Source of the DNA: Synechococcus sp.
GTDB lineage: Bacteria > Cyanobacteriota > Cyanobacteriia > PCC-6307 > Cyanobiaceae
Assembly (NCBI GenBank): GCA_047285535.1
Contig: JBJBDC010000001.1
Location: forward strand, 1,088,136-1,152,135
Direction of reading: 5' to 3'
Length of the DNA stretch: 64,000 nucleotides
Position numbers and translations under genes: made by a program. Shown one piece after another: positions 53,513-63,102 of this stretch (the stretch's first letter is position 1; every line of letters starts with the position of its first letter). The notes under the pieces are model-generated. The model was given only the letters and a program-made list of their open reading frames with translations, did not search any database and was not told the DNA's origin.

Positions 53513-54118
53513 ATGACAGCAACCAACAACGAATTCCCGATCAATCATCAACCCGGTCATATCCAACATGAAGGCCATAACCTCACAGGTTTTATCATTT
53601 TCCTGTGTTCAGAAAGCATCATTTTTCTTGCATTTTTTACAGGGTTTGCGCTCCTGAAAATCACAGCACCCGAATGGCTCCCCGAAGGAGTTGATGGGCT
53701 CGAAACACGCATGCCTTTGATCAACACGATTATTTTGGTGAGTTCAAGCTTTGTAGCCTATTTCGCAGAGCGTTATTTGCATCGAGAGAACCTATGGGGG
53801 TTTAGAGCTTTTTGGCTTCTCACGATGGCAATGGGCACGTACTTCGTTTACGGCCAATATGTCGAATGGTCTGAGCTTCAATTCAGTTTGAGCAGTGGAG
53901 TTTTTGGAGGAACGTTTTATCTCCTAACTGGGTTCCATGGATTACATGTCATCACAGGAATCTTGCTGATGGCGTTGATGTTGTTTCGCTCCTTCAAGCC
54001 AAACAATTATGCAAAAGGTGAAATGGGCGTGACGTCTGTAAGTCTTTTTTGGCATTTTGTAGACGTTATTTGGATCATCCTTTACCTGTTGATCTATGTC
54101 TGGCAACGTACCAGCTGA
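53513..54118 (+). CDS. ctaEII: Haem-copper oxidase subunit III
   Basis: FLCSE, NTIILVSSS, TGFHGLHV, WHFVD. Confidence 0.93.
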   Translation: MTATNNEFPINHQPGHIQHEGHNLTGFIIFLCSESIIFLAFFTGFALLKITAPEWLPEGVDGLETRMPLINTIILVSSSFVAYFAERYLHRENLWGFRAFWLLTMAMGTYFVYGQYVEWSELQFSLSSGVFGGTFYLLTGFHGLHVITGILLMALMLFRSFKPNNYAKGEMGVTSVSLFWHFVDVIWIILYLLIYVWQRTS

Positions 54119-54157
54119 TCAATCTGAATTTTTAGATCTGCTGTCATTCCTCCAATC

Positions 54158-55675
54158 ATGATCATCGACGACCGCAACTACGACGTCATCATTATCGGCA
54201 GCGGTGCCGGTGGGGGCACCCTTGCAGGTGCCCTGAGTCGGAAAGGTCATTCCGTTCTCATGCTTGAGCGAGGAGGGGCCATGGCCCTCGAAGATCAAAA
54301 TGTTGCAGATGTGGACTTATTTCGCAAAGATCGTTATCACCCAAAGAATGAACGCTGGTTTGGGCCTGACGGGGATCCGTTTGCTCCACAAACCAATTAC
54401 TCCCTTGGTGGCAACACCAAAATCTGGGGCGCAGTGTTGGAGCGCATGCGCGAAGAGGATTTCAATGAATTACCTCTTCAAGAAGGCGTTTCCCCTGCTT
54501 GGCCGATTCTTTACGACCAGCTAGCTCCTTATTACACCGCAGCTGAAAAGCTATACAGAGTTCACGGTTGTTCGGGTATCGACCCCACCGAACCAGCCCG
54601 GTCTACTCCTTTTGAGTATGAACCAAAACCGCTGGTTTCTTTTCTTGAGCCACTGCGTGAAGCACTCAAACGTCAAGGATGTCAGCCGTATGACTTGCCT
54701 TTGAGCTGGTCCAACAGCACAGAAGACCCAAGTGGTGATTCACAGCTGTACGGCATCGACAATGCCGATCACTCCAAACTCACAATCAAAACTCAATCAA
54801 AAGTCACGCGATTACATGTCAATCCACTCGGACGCTCTGTAAAAGGTGTTGAAGCTGATGTTGCTGGAGAAACTTGGCTGTTCACTGCAGACTTGATCGT
54901 GCTTGCCGCCGGCGCCATTAATACTCCTGCCATTCTGTTGAGGTCCATCTCGAACCATCATCCCCGCGGCCTAGGCAATAAATCTGATCAGGTTGGTCGC
55001 AACTTGATGAATCTCCAACTCACCTCAATTCTGCAGCGGGCGACCGAACGAAACGACGGTAGCTATGCACGATCGCTTGGAATTAATGACTACTACTGGG
55101 GAGATAAAAACGTCTCTTTCCCTCTTGGCCACATTCAAACCGCAGGAGGAGTTTTACAGGATGCCCTATTTGCAGAATCGCCACCAGTCCTTTCCCTTGT
55201 CACCAAAATGATTCCAGATGTTGGGCTGGAGCGACTGGCATCTCGATCGGTAGCTTGGTGGGCCATGACCGAAGTCTTACCAGACCCACAGAACAAGGTT
55301 TGGCTGAACAACGATCAAATCCGAATCAACTACATCCACAACAACCGCGAAGCCCATGATCGACTGGTTTACCGCTGGATTGACACGCTCAAGGCCATCG
55401 AAGCAGACCCTCTCACTCGGGTCGTGAGCACGGCACCCACCCACCCTCGGGGGGAAGCTCCCTTAAGTGCGGTTGGGTATGCGTGCGGCACATGCTGTAT
55501 GGGAACCGATCCAGCAGCTTCTGTAGTCGACCTCTCCGGGAAATGTCATGAGCTCGACAACCTATATGTCGCCGATACCAGCGTATTCCCGAGTTGTCCA
55601 AGCGTTGGGCCAGGTCTGACAACCATCGCCTTATCGCTCCGGCTAGCTGAAACCCTCAGTGAACGCATCACCTGA
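54158..55675 (+). CDS. GMC family flavoprotein with atypical active site (GMC-2)
   Basis: GSGAGG and overall GMC motifs; GYACGT and GPGLT at the His/Asn positions; no Cys cluster. Confidence 0.9.
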   Translation: MIIDDRNYDVIIIGSGAGGGTLAGALSRKGHSVLMLERGGAMALEDQNVADVDLFRKDRYHPKNERWFGPDGDPFAPQTNYSLGGNTKIWGAVLERMREEDFNELPLQEGVSPAWPILYDQLAPYYTAAEKLYRVHGCSGIDPTEPARSTPFEYEPKPLVSFLEPLREALKRQGCQPYDLPLSWSNSTEDPSGDSQLYGIDNADHSKLTIKTQSKVTRLHVNPLGRSVKGVEADVAGETWLFTADLIVLAAGAINTPAILLRSISNHHPRGLGNKSDQVGRNLMNLQLTSILQRATERNDGSYARSLGINDYYWGDKNVSFPLGHIQTAGGVLQDALFAESPPVLSLVTKMIPDVGLERLASRSVAWWAMTEVLPDPQNKVWLNNDQIRINYIHNNREAHDRLVYRWIDTLKAIEADPLTRVVSTAPTHPRGEAPLSAVGYACGTCCMGTDPAASVVDLSGKCHELDNLYVADTSVFPSCPSVGPGLTTIALSLRLAETLSERIT

Positions 55676-55693
55676 CCCAACCCTTTTCAACGA

Positions 55694-57064
55694 TCAAATC
55701 ATCGTCACAAATTCTTCTGAAATTGTTGGATGCAAAGCCATCGTGCGATCGAAATCAGCCTTGGTCGCGCCCATGCCTACGGCAATAGCAGCCATCTGGA
55801 TAATTTCGGCCGCATGCTCTCCAACCATGTGACAACCGAGAACTTTCTCACTACTGGACTCCAACACCAGCTTCAACAAACAGCGAGGTCCACGCTTAGG
55901 TAAAGCCTGAGACAAAGACCTAAAACGCGCACGACGGATCACAACTTGATCCGCTCCAAACTTGGCGGTGGCGTCTTCCTCTGATAAGCCAACAGTAGCT
56001 AGCTCTGGCTGACTAAACACAGCACTGGCCACCAAGGAATAGTCGACCTGCCGCGGCATACCTCCAAACACACTATCGGCGAAAGCACGCCCTTCATCCA
56101 CAGCAACAGGAGTCAAGCAAATGCGTTGAGTTACATCTCCAACAGCAAAAACATGCGGAATATTAGTGGTTTGATCGGCATCAACTGGTATACGACGACC
56201 ATCAACCAATACTCCAGCAGCATCAAGACCAAGGCCGGAAAGAAATGGTTGCCGACCAGTTGCCAGCAGAACCCCTCCACAGGGAAACCGGTCACCGCTC
56301 TGGGTGACCACCGTCAAATCGTGAGGTTGTCCCTCAATTGCGGCGAGGCTTTGTCCAAAGCGAAGATCGACACCCTTCTCTCTCATCCCTTCCTGCACCA
56401 CTCCTGAGAGTTCGGTATCAAAGCCCCGTAAAAGCCCTTCCCGTCGGACCAACTGCGTTACCCCCACACCAAGCCCTCGCAAAATGCCAGCAAACTCACA
56501 CGCAATGAATCCGGCTCCTACTACGACTACCTCGTCCGGAAAACGCTCTTGTAAAAACATGTTGTCACTGACCCAAGCAAGTTCAGAGCCTGGGAGCTCC
56601 GGCTGAACAGGTCGACCACCCACCGCAATCAAGACCCGTTTTGCATGCAGCACCTCGTTAATCTCGCCGTCGCGCGCCTTCGACACACCAATGCGATGAG
56701 AGTCGAGAAAACGCCCCCACCCTGCGATGAGTTCTACGCCCGCTTTTGCCAACAACTCGATGTGCAGTGCATTCAGACGATCAACCTCATGCCGAACGTT
56801 ACGCAAGAGCACCGAAGTATCAAACCTTGCCCCCTCAATGCTCACTCCATAGCTTGATGCCCCCTCCAGCTGCTCGGAGAGAAGAGAGCCGTAGACCAGC
56901 AGCTTCTTTGGAACGCAACCACGGATGACACAAGTACCTCCAACTCGATCCCCTTCAACAATCGCAACCTTGGCTCCGTAACTAGCAGCACGTTTGGCAG
57001 CAGCCAGGCCTCCAGAACCAGCACCGAGAACAACAAGATCAAAGCTTCGTTCCATGGAGACCAC
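55694..57064 (-). CDS. gor: Glutathione reductase
   Basis: GAGSGG, GGTCVIRGCVPKK, HPTISEE; start may be ATG 57055. Confidence 0.96.
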   Translation of the reverse strand: MVSMERSFDLVVLGAGSGGLAAAKRAASYGAKVAIVEGDRVGGTCVIRGCVPKKLLVYGSLLSEQLEGASSYGVSIEGARFDTSVLLRNVRHEVDRLNALHIELLAKAGVELIAGWGRFLDSHRIGVSKARDGEINEVLHAKRVLIAVGGRPVQPELPGSELAWVSDNMFLQERFPDEVVVVGAGFIACEFAGILRGLGVGVTQLVRREGLLRGFDTELSGVVQEGMREKGVDLRFGQSLAAIEGQPHDLTVVTQSGDRFPCGGVLLATGRQPFLSGLGLDAAGVLVDGRRIPVDADQTTNIPHVFAVGDVTQRICLTPVAVDEGRAFADSVFGGMPRQVDYSLVASAVFSQPELATVGLSEEDATAKFGADQVVIRRARFRSLSQALPKRGPRCLLKLVLESSSEKVLGCHMVGEHAAEIIQMAAIAVGMGATKADFDRTMALHPTISEEFVTMI

Positions 57065-57392
57065 TGTTTCCTCACATCATGCCCACAGCTTTCGGTCGCA
57101 GTCATGGGTTGATAGGCCGAACAAGCTTTACTCAAATGTTTTTGACCATTGGATCTCTGCACAGCCCTCGTGCTAACTGGTCGTGAGAGGAAAAATCAAC
57201 AACCAAATCCAAAACAGCTCAATCTCTTTTCTGCTCATCCGTCGAGCGAATCCAGATAAAAAGATGTTTGCCGAGTCAATTCACAACAAAGCCTCGGCAT
57301 AGTGGAACGTATGCAGCGTTGAGAACTGTCCTCTGCATCTCCCCGAATACGCCCCTATCCCTGATCACACCAAAGGTTTCAAACTTTTTGAG

Positions 57393-57986
57393 GTGAACGT
57401 TGCCGAGCTTCAACCCACACAGATGTGTGTCGGAATGGCTGAAGTCAGAAATCGGCAACGCGATTTCCGTTTGGAAAGCCCAGAGGAACAACGGCGTTAT
57501 CTAAAACGCAAACCAGTTCCTTTGGTTCGCAATCGTATTGGAAAACTTTGGATGGTAGATCGACATCACCGCCTTCGAGCATTGCTCGAGATCGATTCAG
57601 TGGTCACCACGTATGGCTACGTGATCCAGGATCTAAGTAGCAAGACCAGGGAGGAAGCACTCCATGCCCTGCAAAAGCGAGGCTGGTTGTACCTTCACGA
57701 CGGAAGAGGCAATGGCCCGTGGCCAGCCCGAGATCTTCCCCTCACATTGCTTGATCTTCATGATGATCCTTACCGCAGTCTGGTTTGGAAACTGAAACAG
57801 GAGGGAGTGATCACCCCACAGCCCTTGATTCCGTATCACGAATTTCGCTGGGGACTCTGGTTGAGAACTCGACCGATGCCTCCATTCAGCTCAAAGCATC
57901 TGGAGCCAGCCTTGCCAGCTGCTCGCAGACTGGCTCGTTCATCAGCGGCATCCCACCTAGCAGGCTGGAAAGGGAGCGATCACTAA
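57393..57986 (+). CDS. ParB-like nuclease-fold protein (ParBc_2 type)
   Basis: [28 protein letters not shown]; the frame stays open upstream to 57303, so the start is uncertain. Confidence 0.8.
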   Translation: MNVAELQPTQMCVGMAEVRNRQRDFRLESPEEQRRYLKRKPVPLVRNRIGKLWMVDRHHRLRALLEIDSVVTTYGYVIQDLSSKTREEALHALQKRGWLYLHDGRGNGPWPARDLPLTLLDLHDDPYRSLVWKLKQEGVITPQPLIPYHEFRWGLWLRTRPMPPFSSKHLEPALPAARRLARSSAASHLAGWKGSDH

Positions 57987-59377
57987 CGGCGACGGCGAGA
58001 ATCAATCTGCAAGAGATCCTTGACCCTCTGTACCTGGCTAGCTAGTTGAGGATCGGTCGCCAGCTTCTTCTCAACCTGTTCAATGGCATACATCACTGTG
58101 GTGTGATCCTTACCTCCGAAGGTGTCCCCAATTCTCGGTAAGCTCAGATCAGTGCCTTGCCGCATCAGAAACATCCCCACCTGACGAGCCTGGCTCACCG
58201 CCCGGCGACGGCTACTACTCAACATGTCATCGGCCGTTACATCGAACACCTCTGAAACCTTGTCAATGACTTGCTGAGGCGTGACAGCAACCCCCTGACC
58301 ACTTGGATCCAGCATCGGCGCCACCGACTCGACGGTCATAGGCATTCCTGTGATCGAAGAAAACGCAACAGCACGAGTGAGCGCTCCCTCAAGCTCCCGA
58401 ATATTGGATGTAAAGCGGCCAGAGATGTATTGGATCAAGTCACGGGGAAGTGCCACTCGCTCCTGCTCGGCTTTTTTTTGGAGAATTGCCATACGAGTTT
58501 CCAGATCAGGTGCCTGGATATCTGCAATTAATCCCATCGAGAATCGAGAAATCAATCGCTCTTGCAGACGAGGTATCTGGCTAGGAGGCCTGTCGCTAGC
58601 AATCACAATTTGCCGACCTGCTTCATGCAAAGAGTTGAACGTATGAAAAAACTCCTCCTGGGTGTATTCCTTACCTTCAATGAACTGAATGTCATCAACC
58701 AAAATAACATCTGCATCCCGATATCGATCTCTGAAGGCCTGCATTCCGTCCTTCCGAATTGCATTAATCAAATCATTAGTAAACGTTTCAGTCGATACAT
58801 AAAAGACACGAGCGTCTGGATCAATCTCCAGGCGGTAGTGACCGATCGCCTGCATGAGGTGAGTCTTACCAAGTCCCACCCCACCACAGATGAACAAAGG
58901 ATTGAATTCACGCCCTGGAGCTTCGGCCACTGCTAGAGCGGCCGCATGGGCCATTCTGCTGTTGGGTCCAACGACAAAACGGTTGAACACATAGCGCATG
59001 TTCAGACCAGGAAGACGTCGAGGAGTCATGTTGGGTGCCGCAGTTGATGCAGCAGAAACAGTGGGTACCTCCGGCTGACCGGAAGATGACACACGCGCAT
59101 CGAGAGCGGAAACAGAACCCACTTCTTCATCGTCCTTAGCAAGAACGATCACATCAATCGCATGACCGGTAATTTCCTCAGCAACATCAGCAATGGTGCT
59201 GACGTAATTCTTGCGCAGCCAGTTGCTGGCGAAACTGTTTGGAGCCTGCAATGTGAGAGTCCGATCCTGGAAGGAACTACAGCAGGCAGGGCGAATCCAC
59301 GTTTCAAACGTTGGTTTACTGAGGTTGCTCTGAAGGGCTTGCTGCACCTTTTCCCACAGCTCACTGCCCTTCAGCAC
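57983..59377 (-). CDS. dnaA: Chromosomal replication initiator DnaA
   Basis: [37 protein letters not shown]. Confidence 0.98.
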   Translation of the reverse strand: MLKGSELWEKVQQALQSNLSKPTFETWIRPACCSSFQDRTLTLQAPNSFASNWLRKNYVSTIADVAEEITGHAIDVIVLAKDDEEVGSVSALDARVSSSGQPEVPTVSAASTAAPNMTPRRLPGLNMRYVFNRFVVGPNSRMAHAAALAVAEAPGREFNPLFICGGVGLGKTHLMQAIGHYRLEIDPDARVFYVSTETFTNDLINAIRKDGMQAFRDRYRDADVILVDDIQFIEGKEYTQEEFFHTFNSLHEAGRQIVIASDRPPSQIPRLQERLISRFSMGLIADIQAPDLETRMAILQKKAEQERVALPRDLIQYISGRFTSNIRELEGALTRAVAFSSITGMPMTVESVAPMLDPSGQGVAVTPQQVIDKVSEVFDVTADDMLSSSRRRAVSQARQVGMFLMRQGTDLSLPRIGDTFGGKDHTTVMYAIEQVEKKLATDPQLASQVQRVKDLLQIDSRRRR

Positions 59378-59466
59378 CAGAATCCTCCTCTTGCGAATGC
59401 CGAATCTACGCGCCTTATGGCGCCCCTTCGGTCTTTAATGAAACCTGTTCAAACAAGTTTCGGTTC

Positions 59467-60624
59467 ATGTCAGCTGCTGTTTCCCATGTCCTGGCACGAT
59501 CCCTGCCGTGGATCGGGATCGGCTTAGTCAGCTTGACCATGGGAGGGTGTGGGTCTTCCCTGCGGGAGCGCCTTGGATTGAAGCCTGAAGCAAAGGCGCC
59601 ATCCACCCTTCCCGAAGTGAGTGATGGACCGCTCTCAGCCCCTCTACAACCCGGTCGCAACGTCATCGTCCAAGCCGTAGAAAGGGTTGGACCCTCTGTC
59701 GTACGCATCGACACGGTGAAGAGAGTGACCAATCCACTTGGAAATCTGTTTGGAGGTGGGCCCTCGACCCAAAAGCAGCAAGGTCAAGGGTCAGGTTTTA
59801 TCACACGCTCTGACGGACTGATTTTCACGAATGCGCACGTCGTGGAAGGAGCTGACGAAGTGGACGTGGCCTTGCCTGACGGGCGCAGCTTCAGCGGGCG
59901 TGTTCTTGGCGGAGACCCCTTAACGGATGTTGCCGTGGTTCGCGTGGTGGCTGAAAAGTTGCCTATTGCTCCCCTTGGAAACTCAAACGACCTCAAACCA
60001 GGCGAATGGGCCATTGCAATCGGCAATCCCCTCGGTCTTAACAACACGGTTACCGCTGGCATCATCAGTGCCGTGGATCGAACCAATGCTGTAGGGGGAG
60101 GTCAACGGGTTCCGTACATTCAAACCGATGCTGCTGTCAATCCTGGCAACAGCGGTGGTCCCCTCATCAATGCAGCCGGACAAGTCATCGGCATCAATAC
60201 GGCGATTCGGCAAGCCCCTGGAGCCGGGCTGAGTTTTGCCATCCCCATCAACTTGGCCAAACGCATTGCCCAACAGATCATCAGCACAGGTCAGGCCTCC
60301 CACCCTTTCATTGGTGTACGCCTTCAGAGCCTGACGCCTCAATTGGCACGTGAAATCAACGCCACCAGCAACCTTTGCACTGTTCCAGAGCTCAATGGCG
60401 TTCTGGTCATTGAGGTCGTTGACAACAGCCCCGCGGACAAAGCAGGAATCAAACCTTGTGATTTGATCCGAGTCGTCAATGGCTCCATGGTCAAAGACCC
60501 CTCGCAAGTGCAACTTGCCGTTGACCGAGGGCAGGTCGGTCAAGCCATGCCCGTGGTGGTGGAACGAGACGGAGAACAACAGACACTAGAGGTGGTTCCT
60601 GAAGAGCTGCCCCGCCAAGGATGA
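59467..60624 (+). CDS. HtrA/Deg family serine protease with PDZ domain
   Basis: TNAHVV, DVAV, GNSGGPL, C-terminal PDZ. Confidence 0.95.
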   Translation: MSAAVSHVLARSLPWIGIGLVSLTMGGCGSSLRERLGLKPEAKAPSTLPEVSDGPLSAPLQPGRNVIVQAVERVGPSVVRIDTVKRVTNPLGNLFGGGPSTQKQQGQGSGFITRSDGLIFTNAHVVEGADEVDVALPDGRSFSGRVLGGDPLTDVAVVRVVAEKLPIAPLGNSNDLKPGEWAIAIGNPLGLNNTVTAGIISAVDRTNAVGGGQRVPYIQTDAAVNPGNSGGPLINAAGQVIGINTAIRQAPGAGLSFAIPINLAKRIAQQIISTGQASHPFIGVRLQSLTPQLAREINATSNLCTVPELNGVLVIEVVDNSPADKAGIKPCDLIRVVNGSMVKDPSQVQLAVDRGQVGQAMPVVVERDGEQQTLEVVPEELPRQG

Positions 60625-61259
60625 GGCATTCGCCCATCCCCACGCTGGTGGTAATGGCTCGCTGGCCCGCCAGCGGGCGTTGCAAGCGTCGCCTCGCTGC
60701 CGACATCGGGAATGAAGAAGCAGCCAACATCCAGCAACGCCTAGCCGCCCATACCTTTGCCGTAGCTGGAGCACTCACCAATCAGGGTGAAGTGGACTTA
60801 CAAGTAGCCATTAGTGGAGTCAGCCTCCAGTCAACTCGTCGTTGGCTGGATTACTTACCCCCATGCACCCTCGTAGATCAAGGGAAGGGGACCCTCGGTG
60901 CACGCATGCATCGCCAAATTCAGCGTGCACGCTTTAACCAACACAACAAACCCGTCATTTTGATTGGGACAGATCTTGCAGACCTAAGCGAAAGAGATCT
61001 GCGACTGGCCATCCATGCCATGCAACACCAACCTTTGGTGATCGGTCCATCAGAGGATGGCGGTTTCTGGTTGCTAGGGCTTGGCCATGCATTGAAGAAC
61101 CAACAGCTCGATGATCTTTTTCATGCCGTGCCATGGGGAAGCAACAAGGTTTTTGATCTGACATGCGATCGTGCCCAGGGGCTTGGACTCATGCTTGATC
61201 GACTCAGCATGAAAAACGACATCGATGTTCTGTCTGATCTCAATCCATGGCAGAGATGA
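60621..61259 (+). CDS. TIGR04282/DUF2064 family glycosyltransferase-like protein
   Basis: KRRLA, QGKGTLGARM, IGTD, GPSEDGGFWL, DIDVLSDL. Confidence 0.85.
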   Translation: MRHSPIPTLVVMARWPASGRCKRRLAADIGNEEAANIQQRLAAHTFAVAGALTNQGEVDLQVAISGVSLQSTRRWLDYLPPCTLVDQGKGTLGARMHRQIQRARFNQHNKPVILIGTDLADLSERDLRLAIHAMQHQPLVIGPSEDGGFWLLGLGHALKNQQLDDLFHAVPWGSNKVFDLTCDRAQGLGLMLDRLSMKNDIDVLSDLNPWQR

Positions 61260-62035
61260 GCGTTACCCCCCTAGATCTCAGTGTGGTCATTCCATGCCTC
61301 AATGAGGCAGCCCATCTTCCTCTTCTTCTAGCCGATCTCCAACGCTGGCCAACATCAATGGACATTACGGTTGTCGATGGCGGGAGCAGCGATCAAAGTC
61401 AGCTCATAACAGCTCTAGCTGGTGCCCGGTTAATCATCGAAGATTCACCTGGAAGAGGAAGGCAACTTGCCGCAGGGGCCAGACAAGCCACTGGTGATTG
61501 GCTTCTCTTTCTGCATGCTGACAGCCGTCTAGCCATTCAATGGGGGAACAGGGTGCTAAGTCGGATCACCAGTCCCGATGCAAAACGCTTCGCTTGGTTT
61601 TTTGACCTGCGCATTGCCCCAAGCACTCCGGCCCGATCCCTGCTCCAAAGAGGGATCGCTCTTCGCAGCCGTTGGTGCCAAAGTCCTTACGGCGATCAGG
61701 GACTTCTCCTGCATCGAACGCTCTATGAGAGAAGCGGCGGCTACGCATGCCTGCCATTAATGGAAGACCTAGACCTTGTGCAGCGCATCGGTCAACTAAC
61801 AAGATTGCAACCTCTTGAGCTGCCTCTTACGACCGATGGTCGTCGCTGGGACCACAAGGGTGTTGTGCGCTGTAGCTTTGAAAATGCAAAATTGCGACAG
61901 CGCTGGAGACGAGGCGAATCCCCAGCACAACTAGCAGCGGATTACTACCAGAGCCATCTCGAGTCCAATCAGTTGGAATACCAAAAACCACACCGATGGC
62001 CTTGGGGCTCTAAGTCCCAACCAAGTCGGTCATAG
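61247..62035 (+). CDS. TIGR04283 family GT2 glycosyltransferase
   Basis: VIPCLNEA, VDGGSSD, LFLHAD, YGDQGL, LMEDL. Confidence 0.88.
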   Translation: MAEMSVTPLDLSVVIPCLNEAAHLPLLLADLQRWPTSMDITVVDGGSSDQSQLITALAGARLIIEDSPGRGRQLAAGARQATGDWLLFLHADSRLAIQWGNRVLSRITSPDAKRFAWFFDLRIAPSTPARSLLQRGIALRSRWCQSPYGDQGLLLHRTLYERSGGYACLPLMEDLDLVQRIGQLTRLQPLELPLTTDGRRWDHKGVVRCSFENAKLRQRWRRGESPAQLAADYYQSHLESNQLEYQKPHRWPWGSKSQPSRS

Positions 62036-62472
62036 AAAGGCAAGACACCAGGATCTGCAAACAGCGTGGCACGCTCAGTTCCCATGTCTCGGAGAGCATC
62101 GAGGATGTAATCCATCAACTGCCGACCGAGTCCAGCGCCTTGATAGAGAGGGTGAACGGCTACATCCCAAATTGTGGCTTCAAGAACCCCGTCCCCCGTG
62201 CAGCGTGCGAAACCCACCAACCGCGGGATGCGTGGATCATGTCTCCAAAGTCCGACCCTCAGCAAGCTGTTGTCTAAAGCTTTTCGCACGCGACGGACGG
62301 GTCTACGAGTCCACCCCACAGCCTCTAACAGCTGTTCTAGTTCCACAAGATCCATGGGACGAGACTGACTAAAAACGAGGCTGAACTGCGTATTAGACGC
62401 TTCACAGATGCGAGCCTCATTCCCATAGGAATGAATCAAAAGCTCTTGGGTGAGAGAGGAGCTGCTGGTCAC
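61969..62472 (-). CDS. GNAT acetyltransferase (Ycf52-like)
   Basis: GFARCTGDG, WDVAVHPLYQGAGLG, FYDRLGW. Confidence 0.9.
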   Translation of the reverse strand: MTSSSSLTQELLIHSYGNEARICEASNTQFSLVFSQSRPMDLVELEQLLEAVGWTRRPVRRVRKALDNSLLRVGLWRHDPRIPRLVGFARCTGDGVLEATIWDVAVHPLYQGAGLGRQLMDYILDALRDMGTERATLFADPGVLPFYDRLGWDLEPQGHRCGFWYSN

Positions 62473-62508
62473 CCTGGCCTGCGACGATGCCGTAATCCTG
62501 ACGCACCG

Positions 62509-62880
62509 ATGACGTCTGATGTGCGGCTAATCGCAATACATGGGTGGATACTCAACCCTTAAGCATGCGAACTGTTTCAACAGCGCTAGGCACGTCTTGA
62601 CACCAAAAACTCTCTGCATCTCTGAGCTTCCTGACTTTGGACTGGGGTCTCACCACACGAACTCCATTCCAAGTCGACATGTTACGGGCCATACATAAAT
62701 AGTTACACCCTTGCTGAATCAAGGTGCACTCATTGGTGGTAAGGGGCAATCGCTGGGTGCCATTTTGGCCTCAGACATTGGAGCCTGTCTGGTCCGATCA
62801 GCAAACTGGGGGCCATTCCATGATGAACAGCGTGCGGCGTTGGAGATTCCTTGGGACGTTGTTGAACAGCATTAACCGCA
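62509..62880 (+). pseudogene. Eroded alpha/beta hydrolase gene (3' end uncertain, may run to about 63100)
   Basis: RLIAIHGW (HGW at 62539-62547), stops at 62560 and 62587, frameshift, ELPDFG (62624-62641), GQSLG (62744-62758). Confidence 0.75.
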
Positions 62881-63102
62881 AAGTGTGAACACATGCCACT
62901 CTTGATCTCAGGCAAAAACAAAAAACCTATGACTCATAGCCATAACCAATGACAAGCGAAGAATAAAAACTCGATATATCCAACACTTTTCTAACGACGG
63001 AGACAAACATTGCCTTAGAAGAGGTAAACACAGAGGAAATTTCGGAATGCAGAATTGTTGTCATGATTTTCTTGCGCAAACCATTGATCATTTTCAGATA
63101 GA

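Noticed and set aside
57065..57300. Possible relic of a glutathione S-transferase gene, or oriC, between gor and the ParB-like gene
   Set aside because: No convincing motif recovered by manual translation and no DnaA boxes; needs BLASTX
59349..59358. DnaA-box-like TTTTCCCACA
   Set aside because: Single imperfect match inside the dnaA coding sequence
62552..62921. Two short minus-strand ORFs (65 and 63 aa)
   Set aside because: Antisense to the hydrolase pseudogene; no motifs
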